Of a stretch of 20,000 nucleotides of DNA, positions 1-11,153 are shown one piece after another. The position numbers and the translations under genes were made by a program. The stretch comes from Vermamoeba vermiformis (taxonomy: Eukaryota): the NCBI GenBank assembly GCA_045837725.1, contig JBEWZL010000118.1, positions 45,060 through 65,059 on the forward strand, written 5' to 3'. The stretch's first letter is position 1, and every line of letters begins with the position of its first letter. The notes beneath the pieces are model-generated. The model did no database searches, was not told the DNA's origin, and saw only the letters and a list, made by a program, of their open reading frames with translations.

Positions 1-1674
1 TGACTCGTTGCTGGGCTATTACAAAAACATGGCCGAGGACAGCAAAGACACCAAGTTCACCGACAGCGACAACGTGCTGTACTGCGCCTTCAACTTCCCT
101 GCTGTCTTGCTCACGCTCGGTCGAGGTCGTTGGATCGAACTGAGCGACCTGTACGCCAAACTGGTCAAAGATCTGCAGTGGAAAGTACGCAGGACTTTGT
201 CGTTCTCTTTGCACGAAGTCGCAAATATTCTTGGTACTGAACTCACCGAGGAGCATTTGCTGAGCACTTTTGAATTGTTCTTGAAGGATCTTGATGAAGT
301 AAGTAACCTCGATCTCAAAAATTTTATTTTTATTTTTTTTCTATTTATCTGAACTATTGGAATATACTTATTAATGCTCTGCGGTGATGGTATTAATTTT
401 AAATAATTTTTAGGTCAAGGTTGGAATTATTGCTCATTTGACTCAGTTCTTTGGCGTCTTGTCTCAAAAGAGCCGCGAACAGTATCTGTATATTTTGACT
501 GAAATTCAAAAAGACAGCGTCAACTGGCGATTCAGGAAGTTAATAGCGAAGTAAGTCTTATTCAATCAAGTCGAAAATTAAATTTCAGATCTGTTCGATC
601 TCGCGAAACTAATCGAAATTTTTCTCGTTAACAGACAAATGGGAGAGTTAAGCGAACTGTATTTAAATAGCATCAACAACAATAACACCAACACTAATGC
701 CGAAACACCTAAACCAAGCGAAAACAAAGAAAAGACCGAGGAAGACGAGATCCGCGAAATTGAAAAGAGTTTGATGCCTCAAGCACTGCCTCCGGGTGAT
801 GTTATCGTCTCTGTCACTTTGGCTCTACTTCACGACTCTGTTGCTGCGGTTAGAAAGGCTTTGCTTAAAGGAGTAAGTCAAAATTTTAATCCAAGATCCG
901 CTCTTTTTTTTAGGATAAAATTCTTAAAAAAGGGTCCCCCTAAGATTCTAGCGAGTTATTTGACTCGTATTAACGACTATTACATTAGATTGGTAAAATT
1001 ATAAATATTGTGGATAAACTGCCCGAGAAGAGGAAGGTATTCTTGGACGAAATTAAATCATTGGTCGACAGCAATGTTTATCAGACGAGGCAAATGTAAG
1101 TACTTATTGCATTCATTATTATGCACCATATTAGATGATATTCAATTCCTCTGGCATCATATTTTAATTCTATCGAAATTTTTCGATCCGCTTTAAAACG
1201 ACGGATCTGCATCAAACCGACAAACCTTTATTGACCTTGCACTACAATAGGTATGGAACTATTGCCGAGCACTCTGTAACGCACGTGTCGGCCGAATTAT
1301 TCGAAGCAGAGTTGTTGCCCTTATTGTTGGAGAAGGCGATGGTCGATCCAGTTCCGAACGTCCGAATTACTGCTGCTCGCGCGATGAAAAAATTATCCGA
1401 GCATGGTAAGTGCTTCAAGGAGAATACTAGCACTAGAGTATGAGCTAATTTTCATGAATTAGAACCGTTTTCAAAGAACAGTAAAGTCATGGATGCGGTC
1501 GAGACACTCAAAAAGGACAAAGATCGCGACGTCATCTTTTATTCTGGCGGTGATCCTCCTCCACGAGGTCGACCAATTGATGAGCCTTTGTTACCTGAGG
1601 AGGTGAGTTGAAATGGAAAAATGTTTACGCTTTGACTTTTATTGACCGAATTCTCGCAGCGAAACTCAAAGTGA
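1..1674 (+). CDS. PPP4R1: Serine/threonine protein phosphatase 4 regulatory subunit 1 (HEAT-repeat protein), 3' part; 5' end outside window
   Basis: Exons <1-298, 414-550, 635-872, 989-1095, 1251-1405, 1463-1602 and 1660-1674 join in frame across GT-AG introns. Recognised motifs: YCAFNFPAVLLTLGRGRW, WKVRRTLSFSLHEVANILG, FLKDLDEV|KVGIIAHL, NWRFRKLIAKQM, DPVPNVRITAARAM, DKDRDV. AATAAA at about 1724. Confidence 0.88.
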
Positions 1675-1971
1675 CAAGACTAAACGGAATTTAAAACAAA
1701 ACGACAATTCGTGTAGTAAGTGCAATAAAACAAACGTTAAACTCGAGCTTGGTTTATCAAGGGATTTACCGATCAACGACACGCATCAAAGGACATGCCA
1801 CAGGGTGTGTAGAACTATTCCTTTCCGTGTGTCTCGGGCAGCTAATGGGAATTCAAAGCGACTGGTCTTAGACCAGTGGCTGGCTTTGAATGTTGAATAG
1901 CTAGGTCGTGACTGTGCCAGAAACTTCCAAAACAGGTCGTGCCTTTTCTGAACTACGGCCATTTTCGATGC

Positions 1972-4614
1972 TTATTTCGCTAGTACATCTCGCACAAGCT
2001 TGATATGTTCGAACGGAATAATATCGAATTGGCTTAAATGAACGAAGAAAGCATTGAACTCCTCCGTGTTTCGTGAAGTGGTGCCGTGCTGATGCCTGTC
2101 CCAGTGATAGTGCAAGAGAGATGCAACGGCATTGCACAGCGAAGGTATGATACGTCGTGCGAGACTAGCAGCAGTGAGCGGCCAAGAGTGAGGCACAGCG
2201 TGTTGAATAGTTACGTCGTCTGGATGGATCCAAATGTCTGCGAGATAGGCCTGAAAGGGATGCGTCCGTTTCTGAGTTTTGTTGGTCCATTGCTTTGGCT
2301 TGTACGGCGAGTCACGCCCAAACCAAGCACCTCCCTTGCAGAAGGTGTGTACTGCAAAGTTGTCGTCGTAAGTGTCTTGGTACCACAGCGATTTGATCAG
2401 GGGCATAAGAATTAAGTTCAATAGTCTGCGGGTGAACTGATGAATGAGTCCAATTGGCGACTTCTTTCTTTGCTTTTTTGGTATTTGCAGTCTGAATGGA
2501 CTTGGGTTCGGAGTAATGCTGCCCCACATATTGCCCGTGAAATTCCATTCGTGATCACTAACAACATACTTCGCATTGCCCTCTGCGCGTTCAATGCGAC
2601 TCCGAAGCTGTTGATAGTCCGGCACTGCCATATCTAGCTGCCGAATTAACTTGTCGCTGAAACTTTGAACGAGCCTCATGAAGTCGGAAACTTCATTGTG
2701 TTGCACATTCAAAGCTCGAAAAAGTGCAGAACTTTGGCCATCGATTGTGGCATCCACATCTAATAAACATTGTTGTTGAATATTAATCGTTCTATTCCAT
2801 TGAAATTCATGAAAGAATCGTGGCCTCGGCAAGTTGTGTGTAAGATTAGTCGCTGATTCAGCCGTGTTTGCTGCTATAATATCTTTGACCATTGATCGTG
2901 CTCTGTCGATCGCCTCTTCAATAGTCGTAACGTGAAACCAATCAAACACGTGAGAAATATAATCCATGGGACCTCCAGCGTAATATGATTTCCAAACAAA
3001 TATGCCACTAATTGAGTTCTCTCCAACCAACCGAAATATCACGTGATAGATCACGTAGTCGTTAACGTACAAACAGAAATTGATGACTGTGTAGGGTTCG
3101 TTGATCCATTTGCTAACTTTTTGTGTACCAACGCAGTAATTTGGACCAACGGACTTGAAGTGCCAGAGAAGAGTTGCTAGCTCAGGGTACGTTTTGTAGA
3201 GCTCATCTATGAAGTTCCGATGAGATTTCAAGTACGCCCGGTCATTGTTCTTTCGTTTGAGTGCTGCAGATGTCCAGTACCAGGCACGCGTGATGTACTC
3301 CCAAAAAGTCGTTGATACGGTAGCGCTCTTATTGTCATATAAATAAGCTCCATAAGTCATGTCCGAAATTTCCAACAATTCGCTGGGAACGCACAGCGCT
3401 TGCGAGCAATAAAAAGTGCGCCAGAATGAGCTGCTGCCGATAAATTTGCAAAAATACGAACTCGTTGTTCTAAACGTGAGAATTGCTGGCAGATCCGTCA
3501 AGTTCAAAATTGATTGAAGGATCTCCGTAGGCATGTCAGCTAAGTAATTGAATCCTCCATCGCTTTCATGCCAACAGTGGCTGATTTCAGGGACTAAATT
3601 GACTGCAATAGATCGTTCTCGGCTCAGTGCCTTTTGTTCTCGATTTCTTGCGGTGCAAGTCAGTCGCATGTTAGCGAAATATTCGAGCGTTGTATTCTCG
3701 TCTAACATTTCTTCCAAAATGCGTGGCTCGGCAGCGAAATCTGGTGGCTAATTAATAATGCAAATAAAGATACGTGTTATGCAAGACTTACTTCCCAAAG
3801 GCAGATCTACTTTTCTCATCGGCATTTTTGCGATGTAGCTGATCCATTCGACAATCAAATCGTCCGGCGTCTCCGAATAATCTGACCGTGATATTAGTTT
3901 CTATGAGCGATAATTCACATTTATATGTACCTCCAATTCGCAGAACATCGAGCTCGATGCAATGAATTTTTAATGTCGATAATAATGTTCGTTGCAGGTT
4001 TGCGTCAAGAGAGAAATCTAATACCAACTTCTTTATGTTCGGATAAGCCACCAATAATTCATTGACTTGACTGAGCAGTCGAGTGCTATCCTCTGGCGAG
4101 AAACTGCCGCCTCGGATGCCGAATCCTTCGAGCTTAATGTTTCGCACTATTAGAGCATTGATAACACGTACTAATGGTTCGATAATATCGGATGGTAGGT
4201 CCGTATGGTACGGGTAACGAATGTAAAGGTGTGATAAGGAGCTGTTACGCAGAAGGTTCTCACACAACAGATCGAGTAACTCTGTTTGTTGGGCAGGATT
4301 CAATTTATCTGAAATTTCTATAGTGGCATTAATAGATATTACTAAGATTTATGCGCGCATACCTAGCTCTAAATATTGAACATTGTCCGATTTGGCCACT
4401 CCGTCAATTAACTTAAAATTATGGGTGAAGCTGGGCCAGCCCTGCACTTTTTGAGCACTATATTAATACGCTAAATATTCTAATAATTAAAAAATTATTT
4501 AAAATTACCATTTGTTTTCCATTTCGTTCGTGTATTAATGAAATAATCAGCTAATGCTTCATCATTGACCGTGACTTTGTCAAAGTCTATCCAGCCGTAG
4601 GCGCCAAACTCCAT
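1972..4614 (-). CDS. LRR-like N-terminus + internal F-box + unknown C-terminal region (5' end uncertain; possibly a decaying gene or two genes)
   Basis: F-box motif YLADMPTEILQSILNLTDLPAILTFRTTSSYFCKFIGSSSFWRTF at about 3549-3412. Upstream exons ~4457-4363, 4308-3931 and 3881-3792 join in frame to the large exon 3740-1972 via introns 4362-4309, 3930-3882 and 3791-3741. LRR-like segments LSHLYI, LEGFGI, IKKLVL, LDVLRI. Putative first exon 4614-4509 (MEFGAYGW...) does not join cleanly. Confidence 0.6.
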
Positions 4615-4783
4615 GGTAGCGTTGTCGGTAAACAGAAATAATCGAGATCGATCCAAGAAAGCCCAACCCAAAATCTTGCAGGAGGCAATTCCACCAATAA
4701 TCCAAGAATTAAATACCTACGTCAGTTAACTCGAGCGTGTTGGTTCTCAACCGTTTATTTACACAACACAAATTGGGTTCTTT

Positions 4784-7700
4784 CTAAAACACTTCCTTTC
4801 TGAAGTAGAATTGCGTCCCTGAAGTTTTGCTGTGCTTGCGGCAATGAACCTGAAGGGATTTGGCTAACGCACTTGGCCCGCAGAAGAATACACCAATGTC
4901 TACAAAAATATTTGGATCAGATCGGTTTAATTTTGGGTAATAATAACTTACTTTCGTTTGGATAGAGTTCCTGCATATAGTTGAAAATAATATCGAACTT
5001 TGGTCTGCCCCAATAAGTCTTTGATTTCAGACCAGTAACGATGTCTTTCGACTGCTTGTTGTACTCTTGTTCGAGGCCGTAATGCAGCAGTGTGGATCTC
5101 AAATCGTTTTTGTTGAACGTGCTCGTCAAGAACGTGTTGACTTCCAAGAAATCACTCGCGTTTTGTTTCTGCAAGTCACTCAGCAGCTCGCCAAACCATT
5201 GGAACAGAATCTTGTTCGCGTGTGATCCAATAAAAATGTACTTTTTTCAACTTGAGCTCGTTTTCTGTGTCGTTCTCGAGTCTGTACCGAATGTGCTTTA
5301 AGATTGATGCGAACGGCGTAACGCCTAAAGGTTCATAGTTAGGTATGACCGGTAACGTGTGCTAACAATCTTACCAATGCCAGTGCCGATCAACATCACG
5401 TGCTCGTAATCAAACACGTGCTCACTAGCCGAGCCAAACGGTCCGTCAACATAGAGCCGTGGTGTCTTCTTCTCCTTAATGCAGTAATCGTACAGCTTCT
5501 TGGTCCAATTGCCGAGAGACTGCAACTTGTTAGAGCCAGCAGCTATGATATTGAAAGCTTACTCTAATGTGCACGGAGATGTAGGGCTCTTCAGGGCAAG
5601 AAGTCAGAGTGAACGGGTGCCACTCGAACTTGGACAGATCGGGACTGTTCAAGAAGATGTATTGACCTGACTTGTACTTCCAAGTGTCCGTGGGCTTGCT
5701 CATTTGTAAGCGGAGCACTTTGGCGGGCAGTGGCGTGGCCTGCAGATAATTATTAGTTCTATCCAGCACGAGCACGAGGTTCACTCACCGATTCTAGGGT
5801 GACTTTCTGCTTAGCACGTACAATTCGAATGATTCTTTCCACGAGGTAAATAGTGCCGAAGAACACGAACCACTTGTAGTACTCTGGGGGCTGAAGCACT
5901 GCACCAGTACCTGCAATAATGTTAACTATTGGAGCACTCTTGTCTTGTTTTCGTACCGTGTGCAATCAGCAGGGCGTAAAATACGATGAACAGGTGGTGC
6001 GTGTACCAAAATCTCTCGAAGTTCTCTGCACGATATTTTCTGATGGCACAGACGTACATAATGATCATGACGCAAATCAAAATGTGCCCAGTGATGCCTG
6101 CAATCTTCGCGTACGTGATTTGCCAGAACTCGAGACCAGCGTATTGTGGCACGACCGGGGCAACAACCTCTGCTGGCGCTGCAGCCGCACGTGCATTGGT
6201 GATGTAGTGCGCGACACTTTACGTTGTATTAGCGCTGTAAGGGCAAGATACGGACACTTACACATGACCTACAGTGGCGCCTATGATCACATAAGCGATG
6301 CAACGATGGAACAGAATGTTTTTATCGAGGGGCACAATGTCTTTGACCCACGTCGACCGTAGCCTAATTGCGCTAATTAATGTGTGTCGGTGGGTAATAT
6401 TAAGACATACGCAGTTAAAAAGTTCCTGCAGACCATCAGCAGTAGAAGGCACGTGTCAATAATTAGCACGTGTGCGAAGCCTCGAGAGATAGGCACGCTC
6501 CATCCAATAGTTTGAACTAGCTCGTTGCGTTGAATATAAATAACTACGTGTAACGTTGGTTAAATAAGAGGTAAAGGCAAAATCAAATCCGCGCCAGAAT
6601 ATCATTTGTCTGTTGCTTACTTAAAAACTTCCACAGGAAGAACCCAATATTTAACAAAATGAAGAATAGAATAGCTGTAAAGTTGGGCCATTCTGTTTTG
6701 AAGTAAGAACGCACAGCCCGCTAAAAAGATCAAGGTTGGTAAAAAAGAGATCTTTAAAAATGATATTTATAGATAATTACCAAAGGCGCAATTGGATAAA
6801 TTTATATACATTTTGGGAATTTTTAATTAATATTATTCAACGATGTAACTTACGCATCCAGTTCGTTTTCGTTTCTTGATCGCAGGTTGTTTGTAGTACT
6901 GCGGATAATAATTCTCGTCTTCATCCTCAGCTCTATATCTTTTAGGCAATCGATGTTTCTTCTTTTTCTGTTGCGCTCCGTTCTCTTCGTTCTGTTCTGG
7001 ATTTTTGTTTGGCACGTCTATGACAACTTCTTGCCTGCGTTCCAACGAGTGTCGGGCCTGACTACGAGGTAAGTATACGATCGATAACTATAGGTTAATT
7101 GTTATAGCGTACTGATTCAATCGAAGCACGTCGCTGATCAATTCTTTCGACCAAATCGTTCATATTCGCGTCTTTCGTATTATCTTTTGAAATTGTCATC
7201 TCGCCTACATTTTTGCTTCCCAAATAACCTGTCAAAATGTATTAATATATGATTAGCTTTCTAGCAAGAGTTAGTCGTACCAAGCATGGCAGTCTTGAAC
7301 TCTTCGTAACTAATAGATTTATCTTGATTGGTGTCCATCTTATCGAATACGTTCTTAATAACTTGTTCGATCTGTTCTTCATCTAATTTTAAATCGTTTT
7401 CGACCAGACTGGCGCGAATAATGTGATTGATGTTGTCGTACGTTAACACTCCGTTATTATCGGTGTCGTACAGCTTAAAGGCAACTAAATAATTTTATGA
7501 TTAGATAAAATGATTAGTGAGATTAATATTACGCACATAATATCTTCTTTTCAATATCATCTTTTGGGTTCAACATCTCGAGCCACAAAAGAAAGTCCTT
7601 CAAGTTCACTGCTTCCACTTCTTCATCGTACGACACCGAGTCAGACGAGTTGCTACGCGATCTTCTTTCTACACATGTACTAATTAGGCAATACTGTCTC

Positions 7701-8447
7701 ACTTACGCAACCATGAATTTCGCGTGGTAAAATTGATGGGTTTGAATTCTTCGTTAAATTTCAGCGTTTTTCGTGTGGCGTTGAAATTAATGATAAACTG
7801 AATCAAATTAACTTACGCATCGTTGCTTCTTTCGCAGGCTTGCCTTCTGAAGCCTTGGACCTCGAGGAGCGTGACTCATCCAAACTTCTGCGACCTGAGA
7901 AGATGTTCTCTCGCTCCGGCGATCTCGTTTCATCCATGCTCAACCTTTCTCTGATAGGTTCTTCGCGAGTGGGTCTTTGGTTAGTGTTGCTTTGTCCCGC
8001 GCTTGGATGATCCTGATCCTTGTTCGCGTCCGCAGTAGCCACGAAAGACGAGACTTTAAGTTTATTTTTGCCAACATGGACACTAATAGTCAAGTAAGTC
8101 AACAAATAATTAGATATATTTGAGCGTACCGAAATATTGCGGGCTGTTTAAAGAGATCGAACAAGCGATCGACGTAGAAATTGTTTTTTAATCCAAAGAA
8201 TTTCTTAAAGCCTTCTTTATCAACCCATTCTTCAGTTATCCCAGCGTCGATGGCTTTTTGATAGTTTTCTAGAACATTTTCCACGGATTCAGGAGAGGCT
8301 ACAAATTTTTTTATTGTTAAAACATTATAAATTATTGTCAAATCATTTTTTATTACCTCCTTGACTTTCGTAAAACGCAATTAGCTCCTGTCTTTTGTCA
8401 TAGACCTTTCGGTTGGGAGGCTTGCTATTTTTTCGTTTTTTTTCCAT
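4784..8447 (-). CDS. Calcium-regulated NADPH oxidase (NOX5/NoxC/RBOH-type) with N-terminal EF-hands; apparent +1 frameshift near 5205
   Basis: ATG 8447, TAG 4786-4784, many short introns. EF-hands FAFKLYDTDNNGVLTYDNI and FDKMDTNQDKSISYEEF. Heme-ligating histidines in NILFHRCIA...GHV and FERFWYTHHLFIVFYALLIAHG. FAD motifs SGQYIFL and EWHPFTLTS. NADPH motifs VDGPFGS, LIGTGIGVTPFASIL, IGVFFCGP and C-terminal FRKEVF. Confidence 0.93.
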
Positions 8448-8739
8448 GATCTGCGCTGTGGTGGTGAAGCGTAGTTATACAAAGTAATTTCCATTCATTT
8501 TTTAAGCGCGAGCCAATCGTTATTTATTCCTTTTTAATCACCACACGTGTTTTGGCGTTGTACTAAAATGGCAAAAAATCTCTCGCACGTGCGTGGAAAC
8601 GTGCCTTTTTGCTGTCTGATTTCAAGAATTAGTTAGTGAGTACGTAAAGTCAAATAAGAGAGACGCAGATTAACGTAAAGATAGTCATTTATTGCGCATC
8701 AGAGCGTCAATTAATTAGCCAAGAGATCTGAGGGTCTTC

Positions 8740-9140
8740 TTACGATTGCTCGTCGTCGAGTTGTCCAGAGCGAGCGTAATGTTCTTCTTTGGGCACCTCA
8801 TTGTGCGTAAACGCGTCGGCAAGTTCTTGGGGATCTACGTCCGTATCTGAATTTTCGGTAAATATCGAAAAATTATTTATAAATCTACAATGCAAGCTAC
8901 GCACCTAATACGCCTCCCCAATTAGCTTTGCCATTTCCACTTTTCTTTACTTCACCAATCGGTCTTCCATTTCTCGAGACATGGCGATCCATTTCTTTCT
9001 TCGTTTGCTTTCCCGGGACATGAGGGTTCGGATTTTTCTTATCTATAATTAAAACAATCTTAATAATTGGTATACACTTGCACAAATATAAAAACCTTAC
9101 GGTGAGTATTTTCTTTGGCAAAGTCAGGTTCTGCTTGCAT
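8740..9140 (-). CDS. Small (94 aa) hydrophilic protein with HABP4/SERBP1/PDCD4-N-type motif (possible ribosome- or RNA-binding factor)
   Basis: Exons 9140-9101, 9042-8905 and 8846-8740 give MQAEPDFAKENTHHKKNPNPHVPGKQTKKEMDRHVSRNGRPIGEVKKSGNGKANWGGVLDTDVDPQELADAFTHNEVPKEEHYARSGQLDDEQS*. The DRH.SR.GR...KK.G.GK.NWG motif is recognisable. Minus-strand AATAAA just downstream (about 8693-8688). Confidence 0.7.
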
Positions 9141-9367
9141 TTTTTCGTCGAGCAAACACGCTTTTGTTGTTGTTTTCAAGTTTAGATTACAATAGTATTG
9201 ATGTTCTGATTTTAAGATTGAGCTAAAGAGTTTTATCAAGAATTTGATCGAAATTCATGCATTTTTTGAAGTAATCGTGTTTGGATGGCGATCTGAATTG
9301 AACCCATGGCTTTAAACGGACCAAATAATGTTATTTATTTACAAAATAAATTAAAAATTCGGCGAGC

Positions 9368-10868
9368 TTACTCTGCATTTACGAGAAGAGCAGAAAACCA
9401 TTCGCTAATAACACGATCTATCCAGACTGGTTTCGTAGGCCACAAACCGTCGCTGAAACTGACATGACCGCCTTTGTTCGTCACTGCAATTACCAAGTTA
9501 GGATTATTTGTGTGCTTCGGAATGGCTTCGGGATCAATCAAAGGATCGTCGCTCGCGTTGACAAGTAATGTCGGGATAGAAATATGATCTAAGCGCTGAT
9601 GGCAACACGCATCACGATAATAATGATCTGGCGTCTCGTAGCCGTACAGCTTGCACGTGACATGCTCGTCAAATTGTCTCATTTTCCGCAGCTATAAATT
9701 GTGCACGTGTCAGAGATCAACTCCACAGCAATATTATATTGAAATGACTTACTGATACTACTTTTTCAAATTCAATGTCAAAGTGCTGACTCAAAATGTG
9801 TCTCTGACGCGTTATAGTTCGAATACTATCACGCGTCAATTTGATGTCGTAGAAGGGCTTCTTTGGCACGATAACAGCTGACTTTTCGAATTCATACGGA
9901 TTAGACACGGAGACTGCACCCGAGAGCGGTGTATTTAACCCTTCTTCGCCCAGGTATTTGACCTGTAAGGTTCACGTTAGCTCAGTGCACGTGTTAGATC
10001 GCGTTGTACGATGCGGAACTCACTAATAGCTGACTTCCTAACGAAAAACCTGCTGCAAATATCTTGTTGTCGGGGTATTTATCTCGCAGCCAATTAATCA
10101 CGTGACGCACATCGTCGGTGTGAGCGGCATTGTAAAGTCTTGGCGTCTAGGCAGAAAATTGATGAGCAAACTCAATTGAAACGATTTTTAGTGGAGGATC
10201 ATGTTAGTTATCGTTATGTTTACGGTACCTTTAGTTCCAGGCCGTTTGTGCCTCGGTAAGTAAAAGCAGCGCATTGAACTGGCACCTTCAACTGCTGATG
10301 CAAGTTAATGGCGCATTGGCAAATATATCCCGAGTTCGAATGACCGTTCAATCCTATGATATTTTGATGAGTGAGAAAACTCCGCATTGGGGAAACGAGA
10401 TCTTACCTGGAAAGAATATTACGATAGCAGTGTTGGAATCCATTGGTCGCTCAGACAAAATGTACCAATCAACTCCTACTATTCCTCCATCGTGTAAATC
10501 AACAATCTCTCTGCCGGCAAAATTATAAAATGTCCGAGAAAGTGGGAATTCGAAAGATATTACCGTTTCTTGCGTAAATTCATATCAGGTCGTAGAATAG
10601 ACCCAATAATTGTCATGATGTGACTGTTGTGCGCCCATATAGTCGGTTTATAATAAGTGAGAAGGGTTTTGCACTGGGATCCCAAAATGAAAATTAGTTT
10701 ATTAGCTTTAGCGAAGTCTAATTTACTTACTGCTTGCAAATAGCGAAGGTTTTTATTAGTTTCTAAATATATAAGCTTCGGGCGCTTGATAACCCGCAAA
10801 TAATAATCCAGAATGTAGATGGCGACAAAAAAGAATGAAAAGCGTCTTAGCGTTCTAAACCAACTCAT
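9368..10868 (-). CDS. Alpha/beta hydrolase of the ABHD1/2/3-YheT-Eht1 family with N-terminal membrane anchor
   Basis: Multi-exon. Motifs YKPTIWAHNSHIMTI, TYRGTNGLELK|TPRLYNAAHTDDVRHVI, nucleophile elbow GFSLG, VKYLGEEG, RQFDEHVTCKLYGY, catalytic Asp in NASDDPL and His in GGHVSF. The start codon could lie slightly upstream. Confidence 0.9.
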
Positions 10869-11153
10869 TCTCGAGTTAATAGTCAACTAACATACATAAA
10901 TAACGAGTTGTGGCCGCTGGTGTTCGGTCGGGTTAACAACTGAAAATGATTTTCGGGTCTCAACAAAACATTTGGGCGAGATCGCGATCAGAACAGCTCA
11001 AATCTGCACAACCGTGTAATTGAATAAGCTAAGTTGTTTAAAATTTGCTTTCTACGTCTATTAGACGCTTCTCGTCTAATATGAGCCTGTAAAAGCCGGG
11101 TTTTTTCCCAAGCAGATATTTTTAGTGTTTCTTTTCATGAGCCAACAAAGCAA

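Noticed and set aside
1972-4470. TAA reassignment to explain the in-frame TAAs in the F-box gene
   Set aside because: TAA ends other genes here (8742-8740, 13363-13361, 9370-9368), and conserved genes show no internal TAA/TAG.
2086-6362. Plus-strand ORFs such as 2086-2415, 5092-5301 and 5919-6362
   Set aside because: Antisense to well-supported minus-strand genes, with no protein motifs.
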